Below are positions 62,888 to 64,000 of a stretch of 64,000 nt of DNA, in pieces; positions within the stretch are counted from its first letter, which is position 1, and each line of letters opens with the position of its first letter. Source of the stretch: the human T2T-CHM13v2.0 reference genome, Homo sapiens; the NCBI RefSeq assembly GCF_009914755.1, contig NC_060925.1. The stretch is one strand, 5' to 3'. Made by a program: the position numbers and the translations under genes. The notes below the pieces were generated by a model, which saw only the letters and a list, made by a program, of their open reading frames with translations, was not told the DNA's origin and searched no databases.

Positions 62888-63121
62888 TCAGAGTATATCA
62901 GAGTAAGTCTTAGTATATTATTATAAGCAAGGCTTTGGCTAAATGGCTCCTTTACCTCTACTGATTTCTGCTCTATTTAACCAGGTATATTAATTGGAAT
63001 ATAGGTTTGGCTGCTTGTCACAGATCTATGCCAGTTTAAACAAGAAGGAATTTTCTTTGTCACAAAACAATCCAGAGATAGGCAGTCATGGACAGGTATG
63101 GCAGCTTTGTTCTTTAGGATA

Positions 63122-63521
<400 letters not shown>

Positions 63522-64000
63522 TCCAGGCTTTTTCTATCTTGATGCTCCAATATCCTATGATGATGCCCTCATTCCCATGGTTCACAGCCATGACACAATC
63601 CCAGTAGGTCCACTTTTGTCCTGGAATCCTTGGAACCTACACCCAAAGCCAGTTTAATTTCTTTTGGGTACCTGAACTGATTTGAGGACCTTCTGGACCA
63701 TGTAAGGCAGCTTGAGTCTGGTATGGATTTATAGAATTAATCAAGTTGAACAATTTCTCACTGCTTGTCTAATCCATGCCTTACCCTCAAGCCTTCTCAA
63801 GTGGGAAAGACTAATAACTTAGCCTTAGTTGGGTATGTATGACAAGAATGCCAGCTGGTTCTTATGCCAAGGTCAAGCAGCCTTCAAACAGGGTGGTATG
63901 GTTTCCTGAGGCACAGGATACAATAAGTTAACAGAAGGGCATTCTAACAAGTTATAAAAGAGAAATTGCTTGGAACAATGTTAACTATATTATCTAGTTA

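Overview
Human (primate) genomic DNA, largely intronic and rich in interspersed repeats; there is no prokaryotic gene, CRISPR array or intact long ORF. A human-specific AluYb9 supports human origin. The only confidently coding sequence is one 164-nt + strand exon (15408-15571) encoding MEVKPVGEPTQEVSKFKLSTKVESTGHWLVEDHVRIWEVLKTEE, which I recognise from memory as the N-terminus of the long isoform of RGL1 (RalGDS-like 1, chr1q25). The window would therefore cover the end of the upstream intron, this first coding exon and about 48 kb of the next intron. The rest is a layered transposon record: an antisense L1PA7-like element with both ends, TSDs and an internal RT deletion; a full-length Tigger1 inside an L2; a two-LTR MER4-group ERV1 provirus with a tRNA-Glu PBS; several solo LTRs; palindromic MITEs (MADE1, MER96); a tRNA-Ile-derived SINE; and about 20 Alus, two of them very young. 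Almost all ORFs in the supplied track are repeat-derived or chance. I did not find a convincing previously undescribed biological system. The best leads are regulatory: an out-of-frame uORF overlapping the RGL1 start, candidate upstream 5'UTR exons, sense-oriented TE promoters and splice donors inside the intron, and inverted Alus flanking the exon. Repeat subfamily names are recalled from consensus sequences, not from a database search.
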